Shown: positions 45,700-56,778, counted from the first letter of the stretch. The stretch is DNA of 64,000 nt from an uncultured Verrucomicrobiae bacterium (GCA_963828525.1 CAWHEP010000002.1:96001-160000), one strand, 5' to 3'. Notes: generated from the letters alone by a model not told the origin. Program-made: numbers and translations.

Positions 45700-46168
45700 A
45701 AAGTTTCCGGTAGCCGAGGATAAAGCGAAAGCCGGGTGAACCGCGGCCTTTTACGCGATACCTCCCATCCTGCTCAGAAATCAACCCGGCTTCCATTAAC
45801 TGCCCGAGCCGCCCCTGAACGAAAGGTCGCTTCGCTAAGAATGTGCCTGCCTCGTCGATCCCGCGTCCATCCGAACCCTTCTCCGCGATGAAGCGCACGA
45901 GGCTAAGAGTGGGACTATCCAGGTTAAACGCGGAATACAAGACTACATAGCAAACACCGCAGGAGGCATAGAAGGATGCGATGTGAATGAAATCCAGCAG
46001 GGCGTAGTGCCGTGTGACTGCCGCCATGGCCGCCCATGCGCAAAAGACCAGCGCGAATATAACAAGCAGACCCTTGAACTGCGCCTTCGGCAGGCGGATT
46101 CTCCATAGCAAAAAGTGAATCGTAAAAGCGACGCCGAAAAGGACGCAGCCTGTGCCGAAGAGCAGCAT
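45674..46168 (-). CDS. Hypothetical membrane protein with winged-helix-like C-terminus
   Basis: About three TM segments then SPTLSL..RLGQLMEAGLISEQDGRY. Confidence 0.65.
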   Translation of the reverse strand: MLLFGTGCVLFGVAFTIHFLLWRIRLPKAQFKGLLVIFALVFCAWAAMAAVTRHYALLDFIHIASFYASCGVCYVVLYSAFNLDSPTLSLVRFIAEKGSDGRGIDEAGTFLAKRPFVQGRLGQLMEAGLISEQDGRYRVKGRGSPGFRFILGYRKLYGAIPKGG

Positions 46169-46182
46169 TTGCGAGAGGAATC

Positions 46183-46962
46183 TCAGCGCTCCGATGCGCT
46201 AACGGCGACGCTTCCGCTGACTTGGGATGGCAGCGCTTTGGACGAGTTTCGAACGTCGCGCCTCAACTGGATAACATCGCGCAACACTTCAACTAGGTTT
46301 TTCAACTTGAGAGCCGACGAATAATCGTTTGCGCCTTCTGGATAGCGGATGCCCACATTTACATGGGTGGCTCCTCGCTTTAAAAGTTTTACGGCAATCT
46401 CCGCGATGAATGCGTATCCGTTACTTTTGATCGTCAGGTTCTCCAGCAGCTTCCGTCGGAACACGGAGCTGTTGTAGTAAGGGATCTCAAATCCGAACAG
46501 CAGGTTCAGCAACATCGAAAACCCGCGCGATCCATACCGCCGAAGCAAGCGCCGGGAGGAAGGGTTATTCGCGTACGGAACGATGATGTCTGCTTCTCCC
46601 ACGCGCTCAACAGTAGATCGGATGCTGTCAGTGGTAGCGGCATTGTCACCTGCCACCGCCATCACATACTCACATCGCGCAACCGTCAGGGCATGCTTGT
46701 AAGCGCCCCCCTGGCCCTTGTTGGTGGAGTTATGCACAACCGAAATTTTGGGGTCGTGCTCTGCCAGCTGATCCATGATCGCGCCCGTCTTATCGGTGCT
46801 GCCATCATCGGCCAGCGCGATCTGGTAGTCCGACAGGAAATCATCCTCCCCAACGGATTTCCGGATTGTCTCTACAGTGCTCTCGATACGCGCTTCTTCG
46901 TTAAGCGCGAATACGATAAATGTGACGGAAGGTCGGGTGCTCACAGGATTTAGGCTACGCAA
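46183..46962 (-). CDS. GT2 glycosyltransferase (polyprenol-phosphate glycosyltransferase-like)
   Basis: ALNEE, DDGSTDKT, NKGQGGA, AGDN. Confidence 0.85.
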   Translation of the reverse strand: MRSLNPVSTRPSVTFIVFALNEEARIESTVETIRKSVGEDDFLSDYQIALADDGSTDKTGAIMDQLAEHDPKISVVHNSTNKGQGGAYKHALTVARCEYVMAVAGDNAATTDSIRSTVERVGEADIIVPYANNPSSRRLLRRYGSRGFSMLLNLLFGFEIPYYNSSVFRRKLLENLTIKSNGYAFIAEIAVKLLKRGATHVNVGIRYPEGANDYSSALKLKNLVEVLRDVIQLRRDVRNSSKALPSQVSGSVAVSASER

Positions 46963-47086
46963 ACTGCAGCAATCTCCGCGCCCAGTCCGCGAGAAGCATC
47001 GTGTTCTGCCAGCCCTCTGTTGTCAACACTCCTCCTGGGCATGAGAGCCTGATCCACCTGTTTCGCCGATGAACCGCTTTCAGAAG

Positions 47087-48333
47087 TCACTTCGTTATCA
47101 CCTTTAACTCCGGCAACGGAACGATAAACTTTCCGCCTTCGTCCAGAAAACGCGCGTACTTCTTCACGATAGGCTCGTAGTACCTCCAGGCAAAGATAAG
47201 AATCGCGTCCGGCTTTCTCCGTACATCGCCGCAGGCGGCAGCACCGGTATATGCGCTCCGGGACTGTGGAGCCCCTGCTTCGCGGGATAATCGTCGTAAA
47301 TGCAGCCAACCGCCTCTTCAAGACCAAAGTGGTAAAGCAGAGTCGTGGTCGTCGCTGAAGCTCCAAAGCCGTCAACCGTCTTGCCATTTGCGCGCAGTCC
47401 TTCAAGCAGCTTGCCGAGAGCCTCCTTCGCCCCGTCTATGCGCGCGGCAAATCCATGAAAAGCCTCCAGGCTGTGTATCCCCTCGCGATCCTCGGAAGCC
47501 ACCAGTTCGGCGACACCCGGGGAAACGGGGCGCGGCCCGCCCGCGAGTTGCGCCATGTAACGCAGAGAGCCTCCCTTTGTGGCGACATGCTCGGCGTCGA
47601 TCAACTCCATTCCATGCCGCGCGAAAAAGCTCACCAGCGGCGCCACCGAAAAACACGATAAATGCTCATGGTACAAGAAGTCGAATACCATATTCCTCAT
47701 CAGATCGGCCATGTAGTAGCTTTCAAAGATGAAAACCCCATCAGGGGCAAGCAAATCGCGAATGGTCTCTGTCATCGTCGCAAGATCATCCACATTGGCG
47801 AACAGGTTGTTTGCCGTGACGATCGTCGCCAATCCGCGCTCCTTCTTGATACGCGCGCCGAGTTCCGGCGTGAAAAACTCCGGCAGCGTCTCCACGCCGG
47901 ACTCCGTTGCCTTCCTTGCGATCTCCCGCGCTGGATCCACCCCAAGCGCCCGCAATCCGTTCTTCTGGAATGCTCTTAACAGCGTTCCGTCGTTGCTTCC
48001 GATGTCGAGAGCCAGCGCTCCCGCCGAGGGCTTCAGTTTCCGGCAGACCGCGTCGGCGTATCGCCCAAAATGCTCCGCGAGTCCCAGGGAACTCTTAGTC
48101 TCGTAAATGTAATCCACATAGATGATCTCCGGCTGGATCACGTCCCGCAATTGGGTGAATCCGCAGTCCAGGCAGAGATCAACATCCAAAGGATGCTTCT
48201 TCTGAATCTCCCCGAGCAGGCTGGCTGGCACGTACGAATCCGCCAGCGGCGTCGGCGCGAGCTTCAACGCCAGCGCCAGCTTACGGCTTTCACAGAGCCG
48301 GCAAGTTTCCCGGCGGTAATTTACTCGATTCAT
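47087..48333 (-). CDS. NDP-sugar C-methyltransferase family (frameshift near 47215)
   Basis: CRLC..CLDC zinc site, DIGSNDG, YHEH, GGSLR; shifted tail ILIFAWRY..GGKFIVPLP. Confidence 0.88.
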
Positions 48334-48340
48334 GCTTTCG

Positions 48341-49093
48341 TTACTTCTTCGTGGATGCCGGTTCGCCGAGCATTCGCCGCCCAACCGTCTCCTGCCATTG
48401 CACGGACAAGCCGCCATCGACGACAAGTTCCTGCCCAGTGATGAAGGATGCCTTGGAACTGCCCAGAAACTCAATCACATTGGCGATCTCGTCCGAAGTT
48501 CCCATGCGTCCAAGTGGAATCACCGTCCGATACATCCGCTGGAGCTCACGGTTGCCCTCGTAGAACTCCCTCGCCTCCTCCTTCATCACCGTGCCAGGCG
48601 ACACGCAGTTCACACGGATGCCGCGAGGCCCCAGGGTCGCCGCGTAATAGCGCGCCATTTGCAGGAGTCCGGCTTTGGCGACGTGATAGCCCACCGGTTG
48701 CTCATCCGCTATAAGGCTGCAGGCTATGCTTCCCACCACCACGATGCTCTTCTCGCCCCCTTCCTCGAACTCGACGGCCAGGCTCTCGATGATCTCTTTC
48801 GTCGCCGTCAGGCTGGTCGCGATCTCGCCCGCCCAGCCATCTCCGGTTCCGCGAAAACGTTGGAAGAATACGAGCCGGCTCAGTTTCCCATTCTCGGAGA
48901 GAATCTCGCCGATTGCTCTTGCCCGATCATCCGGGTCGGTAATTTCAGCAGCCCAAAAACGCGCGCCCGGCGGGTCTTCGTCCAGCGGCTTCCTCCGTCC
49001 GATCACTGAAACAGTGTGGCCCGCCGCGGCGAAATGCCGCGCCAACACTCTCCCGGTTCCACGAGTCCCTCCGATGATCAGCGAGTGCTTCAT
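48341..49093 (-). CDS. SDR family oxidoreductase
   Basis: GGTRGTG, YHVAK, IRVNCVSPG, ITGQELVVDGG. Confidence 0.9.
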   Translation of the reverse strand: MKHSLIIGGTRGTGRVLARHFAAAGHTVSVIGRRKPLDEDPPGARFWAAEITDPDDRARAIGEILSENGKLSRLVFFQRFRGTGDGWAGEIATSLTATKEIIESLAVEFEEGGEKSIVVVGSIACSLIADEQPVGYHVAKAGLLQMARYYAATLGPRGIRVNCVSPGTVMKEEAREFYEGNRELQRMYRTVIPLGRMGTSDEIANVIEFLGSSKASFITGQELVVDGGLSVQWQETVGRRMLGEPASTKK

Positions 49094-49656
49094 CCTTCCG
49101 ACCGCCCGCCGCCCGTTTCGGGGGGAAACGCGCGAACGTCCTGTTCCAGCGCGCTGATGAATCCCCGCTCGCTGCCTTCTTCGGGGGCCCAGGGCGCGAA
49201 CACCGTCTCCTCCCGCTTGAATGGCCCGTTGGTCGTCTCGTGGAATACAAGCACATCGGAACGGATCAGCAGGGTGTGATACACCGGCTCCGCCAGCCGG
49301 TAGTAAAATGGCAGCCCGGAATCGAAAGCGCCCATGACCATCACGCGCGTGACCTTTCCCGCTTCGTCGAAAAGAACAACATCCACCTCCCCGCGGATGA
49401 TGTGAAAAGACTCGCTCTTGTGAAGGTGCTTGTGCGGCCGCACATACGCGTTCCTCGCATGGACAATCAGCATCTCATGGACTGCGTCGCTCACAGAGCC
49501 ATGCGCACAGAGCCTTGCGCGCTCGCGCCTGTTACCCGAGGCCTTCGCGGCCAGGGCGTCGATATCTTCCCGAGTTACCAGCACCACTGGTTCAGCAGGG
49601 TAATAGACCTCCTCGCTTTCCTCGCGGGCGTGAAACGACTTCAACCGCAGGCTCAT
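49090..49656 (-). CDS. WbuC family cupin
   Basis: RARLCAH, HEMLI, YVRPHKH, KSESFH, FHETTNGPF. Confidence 0.85.
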   Translation of the reverse strand: MSLRLKSFHAREESEEVYYPAEPVVLVTREDIDALAAKASGNRRERARLCAHGSVSDAVHEMLIVHARNAYVRPHKHLHKSESFHIIRGEVDVVLFDEAGKVTRVMVMGAFDSGLPFYYRLAEPVYHTLLIRSDVLVFHETTNGPFKREETVFAPWAPEEGSERGFISALEQDVRAFPPETGGGRSEG

Positions 49657-50687
49657 GACATCCGCACCACGCAACGCCCCGCTTCCCCGGCGCGAATTTT
49701 GTCGAGCGCGCTGTTTATCTCTTCGAACGGGAACCTGTGTGTGATCAGTTCATCCAGCTTCAGTTTACCCTTTTTATAAAGGTTCAAGTAACGGGGGATA
49801 TCCTCGTGCGGAACACACTGCCCTCCCTCGCACCCGGTCAGCACCTTTCCGAAATGCAGCGGCAGCGAGTGAATAGTGATGTCTTGATCGTGGCGCGGCA
49901 CGCCCACGAGAATCGCTCTTCCTTTGGAAGTCGTGACGTTATAGGCCAGCTCGATCAGCTTCACCAGCCCGGTCGTCTCAATCGCCACGTCCACGCCTTT
50001 TGTCCCGGCGATCTTCAGGATTTCCGCCCTCGCGTCGCATTTTGTCGAGTTGATGACGTGCGTCGCGCCAAACGCGCGCGCCATCTCCAGCTTATGCTCG
50101 TGGATATCGACCGCGATGATCGGGTCGGCTGCGACCATTGCCGCCCCCTGGACCATGCTCGCTCCCACCCCGCCGCACCCAAGGACGACGACAGACTGCC
50201 CGATCTTAACCTTCGCGTCGTTGTTGATCAGACCCAGCGCGGTCGTGATCGCGCAGCCCATCAGCGCCGCCACCTCAAAATCAACATCCTCGGGTATCAC
50301 CGTCAGCCGGTTTTCGGAGATAATTGCATGATGGTTAAACGTCGTCACCCAGCCCGCGTTCACCGTCCTGCCCGCCCAATGATATTTCGCCGGTTGCGCC
50401 TGGATGCCTTCGCTTTTGCGCCAGTGCAGCACCACGTGGTCGCCCGGTTTTACATGGGTTACACCAGCCCCGACTTCAAGCACGATCCCCCCGCCCTCAT
50501 GCCCGAGAAGATGCGGCAAAAAACGATCAGGCCCCTTTGCCCCGGCGATCTCTCCCAACTGCGCCCCGCAGATCCCGCTGCACCCGATTTCCACAAGCAC
50601 CTGGCCGCATTCCAGCAGAGGTATATCGATCTCGTCCAGCACCAGCGGAGCATTCAGCTCAGTAAGGATGGCAGCCCTGGTTTTCAT
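49653..50687 (-). CDS. Zinc-binding alcohol dehydrogenase family
   Basis: GICG, LGHEGGG, ALMGCA, GCGGVG. Confidence 0.9.
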   Translation of the reverse strand: MKTRAAILTELNAPLVLDEIDIPLLECGQVLVEIGCSGICGAQLGEIAGAKGPDRFLPHLLGHEGGGIVLEVGAGVTHVKPGDHVVLHWRKSEGIQAQPAKYHWAGRTVNAGWVTTFNHHAIISENRLTVIPEDVDFEVAALMGCAITTALGLINNDAKVKIGQSVVVLGCGGVGASMVQGAAMVAADPIIAVDIHEHKLEMARAFGATHVINSTKCDARAEILKIAGTKGVDVAIETTGLVKLIELAYNVTTSKGRAILVGVPRHDQDITIHSLPLHFGKVLTGCEGGQCVPHEDIPRYLNLYKKGKLKLDELITHRFPFEEINSALDKIRAGEAGRCVVRMS

Positions 50688-50752
50688 TTGGATTGGGGAA
50701 CTCTAACGACGGATTTCACGAATGTGACTGACTGGGCGTCCGGGGAATCAGT

Positions 50753-51418
50753 TCATTCAAAGTAAATAAACTCATAGTCACCGGTGTAGCCAAAGTGCCG
50801 GTAAAGCCAAATCCATTCCGCCGTATCGAAGAACGACTCGCAAGTCAGCGCCCAGCACTGCAAGTTAAACTGCTCAAGCTCATTCCTGTAGCTTTCCAGC
50901 ATCACATACCCCTGCTTGCCGACCCGCTCGATTTCGCCAAGCGCGGTCTTTAGCTCAAAAAGCCGCAGGTTGTGCAGGGTTGTCAGGGAGATCACCAGAT
51001 CGAAATGGTCGTCTCCAAAGGGATACGCGTCCTGCGCGCGATACTTAAACAGCGACGCCTTCAACTCGGGCAATGCGCTCGCCAGACCATGTACTGAGGT
51101 ATCGAACCCAACCAACTCCAGCCCAGGCTCGATCAGTTGCATTTCATAAAGCAGAAATGCTTTGCCACAACCGACATCCAGCACACGGGAGCCCGCCTTC
51201 AGTTTGTAGGTATCGATCAACGCCTGCGCCACCGGCTTCCAACGACCCGGCAGGTATTTGTAGCCCCCATAGCCGTAGCGGCGATCCCCATCCCAGTAAT
51301 CCCGCTCATATTCCTTTGCCTTTAGCATGCAATGGACTTTGTCGTCCACCATCCGCGCGAGGTAATCACGCTTTGTTGCTTGGTGCAGGGGGGTCACGAA
51401 ATTCATTAATCGACTCAT
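50753..51418 (-). CDS. Class I SAM-dependent methyltransferase
   Basis: YWDGDRRYGYGGY, VLDVGCGKAF. Confidence 0.88.
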   Translation of the reverse strand: MSRLMNFVTPLHQATKRDYLARMVDDKVHCMLKAKEYERDYWDGDRRYGYGGYKYLPGRWKPVAQALIDTYKLKAGSRVLDVGCGKAFLLYEMQLIEPGLELVGFDTSVHGLASALPELKASLFKYRAQDAYPFGDDHFDLVISLTTLHNLRLFELKTALGEIERVGKQGYVMLESYRNELEQFNLQCWALTCESFFDTAEWIWLYRHFGYTGDYEFIYFE

Positions 51419-51431
51419 AATAATAACGCTT

Positions 51432-52385
51432 TCAGCCACGGATCACAGATCGCGCGGCGGGGAATTGTTGCTGGCGGAATCCCAGCACCGCTTCCGAAAT
51501 CTTCGTGGCTGTAATACCGTAGCGCGCCATCAGGCTAGCCTGCGAGCCGTATTGATCCGGGAACACATCCGGTATGCCGATCCGTTTGAAATGCTTTGCG
51601 AGACCAGCCTCGGCAATGATCTCAGCCACCGCGCTGCCGAGTCCGCCCATGAGCGTGTGCTCCTCGATGGTAATGATGATCGGCGCGCCCGCGGCGCGGT
51701 CGAGGATTGCTTGAGCGTCCAGCGGCTTCACGGTGTGGCAATGCAACACTGCGGCCGCGATTCCCCGCGTTTGAAGTTCCGCCGCCGCCGCAAGCGACAC
51801 TTGCAGGCAGACGCCCGTCGTGACCAGCAGCGCGTCTGCTCCTTCCCTCATCGGGATCGCCTTGCCGATCTCGCATGGCAAGTCATCGCGACTCACTACC
51901 GCGTCACCCCCTTTTCCAAGGCGTATATACACCGGGCCTTCCACATCCACGGTCTGCAACATCAACCGTCGCATCTCCTCGGCGTCGCAAGGCGCGAGGA
52001 TCGTCATGTTCGGAATGGCGCGCAGGATTGCTATGTCATCCGTCGCGAGATGCGTGGGTCCAAGCGGCGCGTAAACCATGCCCCCCCCGCTGGCGATGAG
52101 ACGCACCTTCGTATTATGCAAACCGAGATCGATGACGATCTGCTCGAAGCAACGGCGCGTCAGGAAAGTCGCTATGGTATTGATGTAAGGGATTTTCCCT
52201 TCCATCGCCAGGCCCGCGGCCATGCTGACGATGTTCGCCTCGCTCACGCCCTCCATGAGGAATTGGTTGGGCAACTCCTCTTTCATCTGCTTCAGCGTGT
52301 CCGGCCCAAGATCAGACCCGATGAACATGACGCGGGAATCCCGCTTCGCCAGTTCATACACCATGTCGAGTGACGTCTTGCGCAT
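51432..52385 (-). CDS. Transketolase-like C-terminal subunit
   Basis: EGVSEAN, RCFEQI, LGPTH, VYIRLGK, EEH..GGLGSAVAE. Confidence 0.92.
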   Translation of the reverse strand: MRKTSLDMVYELAKRDSRVMFIGSDLGPDTLKQMKEELPNQFLMEGVSEANIVSMAAGLAMEGKIPYINTIATFLTRRCFEQIVIDLGLHNTKVRLIASGGGMVYAPLGPTHLATDDIAILRAIPNMTILAPCDAEEMRRLMLQTVDVEGPVYIRLGKGGDAVVSRDDLPCEIGKAIPMREGADALLVTTGVCLQVSLAAAAELQTRGIAAAVLHCHTVKPLDAQAILDRAAGAPIIITIEEHTLMGGLGSAVAEIIAEAGLAKHFKRIGIPDVFPDQYGSQASLMARYGITATKISEAVLGFRQQQFPAARSVIRG

Positions 52386-53229
52386 TACAGCGAATCCAGT
52401 TCAGCCATCAGCGCCGCCACTTCCGCTTCGGTGACTTTGGCTTTGTGATGCCACGCGAGGTTCCGCTCCGTAAAGCTCACACCCTTACCCTTTATGGTGT
52501 GGCACAGGATCACGTTCGGCCGTCCCGTTTCAAAGGGCGTCGCTCGCAACACCTGCTCCAGCGCCTCCGTGTCGTGTCCATTTACCTCGCGCGCGGCGAA
52601 GCCAAACGCTCTCCACTTGTCGGCAAACGGCTCCAAATCCTGCACATCGGCGATGGAGCCGTAAGTCTGCTGCTTGTTGTAATCCACCAGCACCGTCAGA
52701 TTATCCAGCTTGTGCTTCGCCGCGCATAGCGCCGCTTCCCAGATCGTTCCCTCGCTGCATTCTCCATCGCCCAACACGACAAACACGCGGTGCAATTTGC
52801 CATCCAGCTTCGCGGCCAGCGCAAACCCCACTCCGATGGAAAAGCCATGCCCAAGGCTGCCGGTCGAAGCCTCCACGCCCGGCACCTTGCTCGCTTCCGG
52901 GTGCCCGCCCAGGATTCCGTCTGCCGCGCAGAACTTCCAAAGCTCGACCTCGGGAAAAAAGCCCTTTCCCGCCAGCACGGCGTAGAGGGCCAGACAACCA
53001 TGCCCCTTGCTCAGGATTGCGCGGTCTCGTTCCGCCCAATCCGGGCGTTGCGCGTCATACTTCAGTATCTTGTCGTAAAGGACGCGGAGTATCTCCACGA
53101 CCGAAAATGCCGCCCCGACATGACCGCGTTTCCCGCGGCGAGAGTCCGCGCGATGGTCTTCCGCAACTCCCTGGAGCGCGCGTCCAGCACGGTAGCCTCA
53201 GGAGTGGTAGGGGAAGTCTCGGTAATCAT
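52385..53229 (-). CDS. Transketolase-like N-terminal ThDP-binding subunit (frameshifts near 53100-53140)
   Basis: RGHVG, LSKGH, STGSLGHG, GDGE..WEA..N, HTIKGKG. Confidence 0.9.
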
Positions 53230-54238
53230 GCAAAAGTCCGGCGAGGAGCCGCCGTGCTTTCTCGATCTGGATGCTGCCATCCCATGCGCCCGGGGTGGCG
53301 TCAGCAAAGCACCGGCGCGCCATGTGCTCAAGGGTAAATTCATTCAACAGGATCGCGCACCACTTCAACCCAAATAGCGGATACACCGCTTCAACCCGCG
53401 CCGGCAACGAAGCAACGAACCCGCGCGCGCCCGCGTCCACAGCCCCGGCAAAAAATCTTTGCTTCAATCCGGCGCTTAAATCCATCGCGGGATGCAGCAA
53501 AAAATCCGCGACTGTTTTCGCCGGGTCATCCCATCCGAAATACTCAAAATCCAGAAACACAAGCGTCCCGTCTTCTTGCTTCAGGGCGTTGTGAAACCCG
53601 AAATCCGACGGACTCAGGATCCGGTCCGCATGGGAAATCTCCCCGTCCATAGCGATCCCGTGGCGCTCGCAATGATCCGCGCTCCACTGCCCGACCGCCT
53701 TGCGGAAAGGTAGTAGTTCATCCTGGAGGAAGCTCTCGAGTTCCGGTTGATCCGCGGAGCTCTTCGCAAGCCGCGCCAGCCTCCCATCGACACTGCGCAG
53801 GATCGCCGAGATCGAAAAGCACGCCTCCGAGGCGGGCGGGAAAGCCCCCTGCAGAGCGTCCGCGCTCACGCTTTTCAACACCCGGAGAAACTCCACGGCG
53901 GCATCGATCTCGCGCTCGCCCGCGCAACCCGCCATCAATGGCTTCCCCGCCATGAATTCATAGATGCCAACCTGCCGCGACGGGCTGCCAGCCACTGGAG
54001 CCGCGACTTGCGCCACGCCCGCGCTTTTCAGAAACTCGAGCGCGTGATACTCGGCAGCAAGCCTGTCCCGGGAATCCCGTTCCGATTTAAAATACGCTTT
54101 CGCGGCAAAGACGGAGCCGTCCCCGCATTCCACGCGGAAGACCTGGCTGTTGCGCCCTCCCTTCAGTTTCTCGAATCGCGAAGTCTCTTTGCGCAATTCC
54201 TCCCGCAAAACCAGCGTGATGGATTCCTCGGCGTTCAT
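53198..54238 (-). CDS. APH/choline-kinase-like phosphotransferase
   Basis: GGRNSQVF, SPSDFGFHN, DFEYFGWDDP. Confidence 0.85.
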   Translation of the reverse strand: MNAEESITLVLREELRKETSRFEKLKGGRNSQVFRVECGDGSVFAAKAYFKSERDSRDRLAAEYHALEFLKSAGVAQVAAPVAGSPSRQVGIYEFMAGKPLMAGCAGEREIDAAVEFLRVLKSVSADALQGAFPPASEACFSISAILRSVDGRLARLAKSSADQPELESFLQDELLPFRKAVGQWSADHCERHGIAMDGEISHADRILSPSDFGFHNALKQEDGTLVFLDFEYFGWDDPAKTVADFLLHPAMDLSAGLKQRFFAGAVDAGARGFVASLPARVEAVYPLFGLKWCAILLNEFTLEHMARRCFADATPGAWDGSIQIEKARRLLAGLLHDYRDFPYHS

Positions 54239-54870
54239 GGGAGAAGAAATCCCTCGAGTTCCGCCCAGCTCCTGAAGGCGCGGATGCTCTCTGGAACCGC
54301 GGCGCGCCCATGCGGCGCGAACAGCAGCTTCCCAACCGCGACCGGGAACGAAGGCTCCGCGAATACTTCCACCAAGTCATCGATGAAATGACTGCACCCG
54401 TGCCGGGCGATGCGGGCGATCTTGTCCGCGCGCGTGGACTCGAAGAAGACGTCGCTTTGCAAAAGCCCCAGCCCTCCCCCCGAGAAAAAGCCGCGCTCCT
54501 CCATCCACCGCAGCGCGGGTTCCCGTATGTCTATCTCCGCGCCATCGAGCACCGCGGTCGCCGTTTTGTGGCTGATGATCCGCACCGGGATCCCCGCCTT
54601 CACGACCGCGCGCAGACAGGCGTCCGCCCCGTCGAAGAGTCGCGCCTCTCGCATCCGCAAGCCATACACTACCGCCTGCAACCGAGTCCACTGCTCCTCC
54701 CCGCCCGGGCGCAACCGTATGGCATCCCTTACAAGCTCTTTGCTTGCCGGCGTCGATATTGGGATCAGCCCCTCCTCGACCGCTGCCGCGTGAAAAAGGT
54801 CATCATAACAAACAAGCGTGTTATCGAGATCCACTCCGAGGAAACGCGCTGTGGGGACGGAAGTTTCCAT
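54235..54870 (-). CDS. HAD-superfamily hydrolase
   Basis: GVDLDNT, ISHKT, FIDDL; ATG overlaps upstream stop. Confidence 0.8.
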   Translation of the reverse strand: METSVPTARFLGVDLDNTLVCYDDLFHAAAVEEGLIPISTPASKELVRDAIRLRPGGEEQWTRLQAVVYGLRMREARLFDGADACLRAVVKAGIPVRIISHKTATAVLDGAEIDIREPALRWMEERGFFSGGGLGLLQSDVFFESTRADKIARIARHGCSHFIDDLVEVFAEPSFPVAVGKLLFAPHGRAAVPESIRAFRSWAELEGFLLP

Positions 54871-56700
54871 CACTGGCAGACAGTCATCTGAACAGCGGGA
54901 ACTCTCGCCCATCTCCCAAACAGCCTGCGCCTGTAAGCGACCGCAAACAACGCCGTTGGCAGCACGATCGCGGGAATGGATCGGTAGGTATAAATCCAGC
55001 CCTTCTCTGAAGATTGCGCGAAGCCGATGGTGCAATAAAGCGAAAGAACACTGCACGAAAGCAGGACCGCCATTTTTGCCGGCAGCTTGCCAGGACAGAA
55101 TGCCCCGAGCGCCAGCGCCCACATCAGATACCAGGGCCACAACTGCGTCATGATGCAAAAATAGGAGGCAATGAGCGCCGCTGGAGCCCAGACGAGGAAC
55201 CGGTCGAAATTCGTGGTTTTCCAGGCGGCGACCAGTCCAAACAGGGCGAACGCGCCCCACGCCGTTCCGCGTATCCAAGCGTTCGCCTTTTCCACGCTCG
55301 GCCAGTTTTCAGGCTCGTCCTCCAGACGTTCCAGCGTCTCGTCGTCCGCCTCCCCCGGCGGATCGCCGACCTCCACGACAGCGGCATACGCGGTATACCC
55401 CTGCCGATGGGATACCGGGTCATAGACGCGCACCCAATCTTCATCCGCCTGTGGAGACACCACAAGCACTCTGCGATGTTCCGGAAGGCGCGCCATGGCC
55501 TTCGCGTTTTCCTCGGGCTGGGCAAGCAGGAACGCGGGGGACTTGAGTTCCACCCAGTAGCTGCCGAACTCCACCGGCACTTCGACAGAGTCGGCGTCCT
55601 CCCCAAGCAGGCGCCGCAACCCCTTGAAAATCAGTTCATGGAAATTATTTGCGTAAAACTCGGGTGAAGTCGCGAAATGCGCCGCGGGCAGATCCCCGCT
55701 CCCATGCGACGGCCCCCGGCACAGGGCAAACACCAGCAACGCCCCCGCCGCGCAGCGCCTAATAAAGAAGCCGCGCTCTCTCCAGCCTCGGAGTCCCCGA
55801 AGCGACCATCAACATATAAAGCGGCGCCAGCACCCCTGTCAGGAACTTCACCATCGCCGAAAGGAGGAACGCCACCACGGCGGAGGCCTTATAGCCGCGA
55901 ACATGCAGCCACACCGCCGCGAGCATGAACGCGACCATCGTCGCGTCGTTATGCCCGCTCACTCCGGCCTCCAGCAGCACCAGCGGATTCCACATAAACA
56001 GCGCGAGCCCTTGTGCCGTCCGTTCAGGCGCGTACCGGCGCAACGCGCTCCAGATGAACCCCGCGCCCGCGGCAACACTGCCAGCCGCCAGAACGCGGAA
56101 GAGCGCCACCGTCATCCCAGTATTCTCTCCGCTCACCCTCGAAACTGCCGAAGAAATCATCGTCCACAGCGGCCCGTACACGGAAGGCAAATACCCGCGC
56201 AGCAGCCGCAAATAAGGGTCCGTCGGAACAATGCCTGGGTCATCGATATACGGGCTGGAATGGTAAATTGAAGCCAGCCGCCCGTACAGGGCGTACGCGT
56301 ACATGTCCGAGGAAAACATGATCGGCGAGCAAACCAGCGCCGCCAGCAGCACAACCCCGGAGCCAAACACGCAAAACTGCACGGAGTTCGGCTGCGCGCC
56401 ACGCAGCGCCCTCAGCAGTAACCCGTAAATCCCAAAAAGCGCCCCGCAACACCCGAGGAACCGCGCCGACGCGCCGACCTCCGCCGAATCGCCCTGAATC
56501 TTGCGCAGAGCCTCCTTCGACAAACTCGGAGCCCACGAAAGCGCCGCGCTCACCCCGCTGACCTCCACCGTAGCGAGCGATGCCGCCACCCGGAGCAGCG
56601 CGTAATAACAAACCAGCGAACCCAGCAGAGCCAGCCCCACCCACAGCACCCGGCTGCGAACCCATGGAACCCGCGCGGCGGCAAGATCGGAACGTATCAT
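54870..56700 (-). CDS. GT-C membrane glycosyltransferase (MptB-like), frameshifted near 55750-55800
   Basis: SSDMYAYALYG, SVYGPLW, WNPLVLLE..GHND, VKF, WPWYLMW. Confidence 0.8.
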
Positions 56701-56778
56701 TCAGCGAAATGCGCGCATCCTGCACGGATCACCCCGCAACTTAAACCCAAAAACGATCCCCGCTTTCTCAAGCGGGAG

